From Lama glama (Eukaryota), in assembly GCA_028534125.1 (NCBI GenBank), contig CM052816.1:72480001-72544000 (forward strand): DNA of 64,000 bases, read 5' to 3'. Made by a program: the position numbers and the translations under genes. Below the pieces are notes generated by a model, which saw nothing but the letters and a program-made list of their open reading frames with translations, was not told the DNA's origin and did no database searches. Each line of letters begins with the position of its first letter. Positions within the stretch are counted from its first letter, which is position 1. Positions 63,421-64,000 of the stretch are shown piece by piece.

Positions 63421-64000
63421 TCATGTCTCCAAAGTAGTAAAGAGATAGGACTGATCACCTTGCCAAAGAGTTATGGCCTCACAGAGTAAGTGAAAGTAAG
63501 ATTTGGGAGAAAAATGAGTTTGAAACTGTTGGGAAAAGCATTTCAGTCAGAGGAAACAGAGCTATAAATCCCTGAAATTTTTTAAGCAAGGAAGATGCAA
63601 ATCAAATTTAATTTTTAGATAAATAAACCTGACAGAAAATTAAGGCTGAATAGGAGAGAATGGTGACACAGTTCAGAGGATGTAGTCATTTTGTGACTAA
63701 GGAAATTACTAGTGCCCTCCCTCCTCACTTGACTGGTGCAGTCCTCCCACCTTTGGGGCTGAGAGGGATTTGATGTACAAAATAACACTAAATTCATCAC
63801 TTAAGCTTGTAACTAAAGCTCCTTTTATTTCCAATTCATCTAGATGGTGAGTTAAGTTGGGTTTTTATGGGTGGGTATAGAAAGATGACACCTGTGTCTA
63901 TGGCATCTAAGATTCATAACATTGAGGAACAAATGTTTTCATAGGCCAGCGACTGCCTGTATCATTGTATGTTTTTAGGAGCTAGGATCTGACTTATTCT

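Noticed and set aside
63201..63458. Poly-isoleucine, membrane-like ORF
   Set aside because: Translation of the (GAT)n(AAT)n microsatellite.
1..64000. CRISPR array, operon, tRNA/rRNA or prokaryotic defence system
   Set aside because: The repeat content is clearly mammalian. I saw no regularly spaced repeat-spacer units, long ORFs or structural RNA genes.

Overview
AT-rich, CpG-poor mammalian non-coding DNA (intergenic or deep intronic). I found no protein-coding gene, RNA gene or CRISPR array that I can support. Much of the window is layered transposable elements. The old layer includes L2, MIR, HAL1, L1M, Charlie/MER5/MER2/Tigger and ERVL/MaLR LTRs. The younger layer includes L1 3' ends with intact target-site duplications (TSDs) and six well-preserved ERV solo LTRs, five of them within 53.7-59.1 kb. 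The young L1 tails look cetartiodactyl-type, and I recognised no Alu, B1, Bov-tA/CHR, PRE1 or CanSINE, which suggests a camelid (inference only). There are two 500-N scaffold gaps; the second appears false because the same 29 bp flank it on both sides. The supplied ORFs are gap artefacts, repeat-derived or chance-length. The best-supported observations are a twin-primed 5'-inverted L1 with a second L1 nested at its inversion junction, the solo-LTR cluster, a poly(A)-only retroinsertion, and several + strand exon-like segments that could belong to an unannotated spliced transcript. I found no convincing novel biological system. Repeat subfamily names come from recalled consensus similarity, not a database search, and boundaries of old repeats are approximate.
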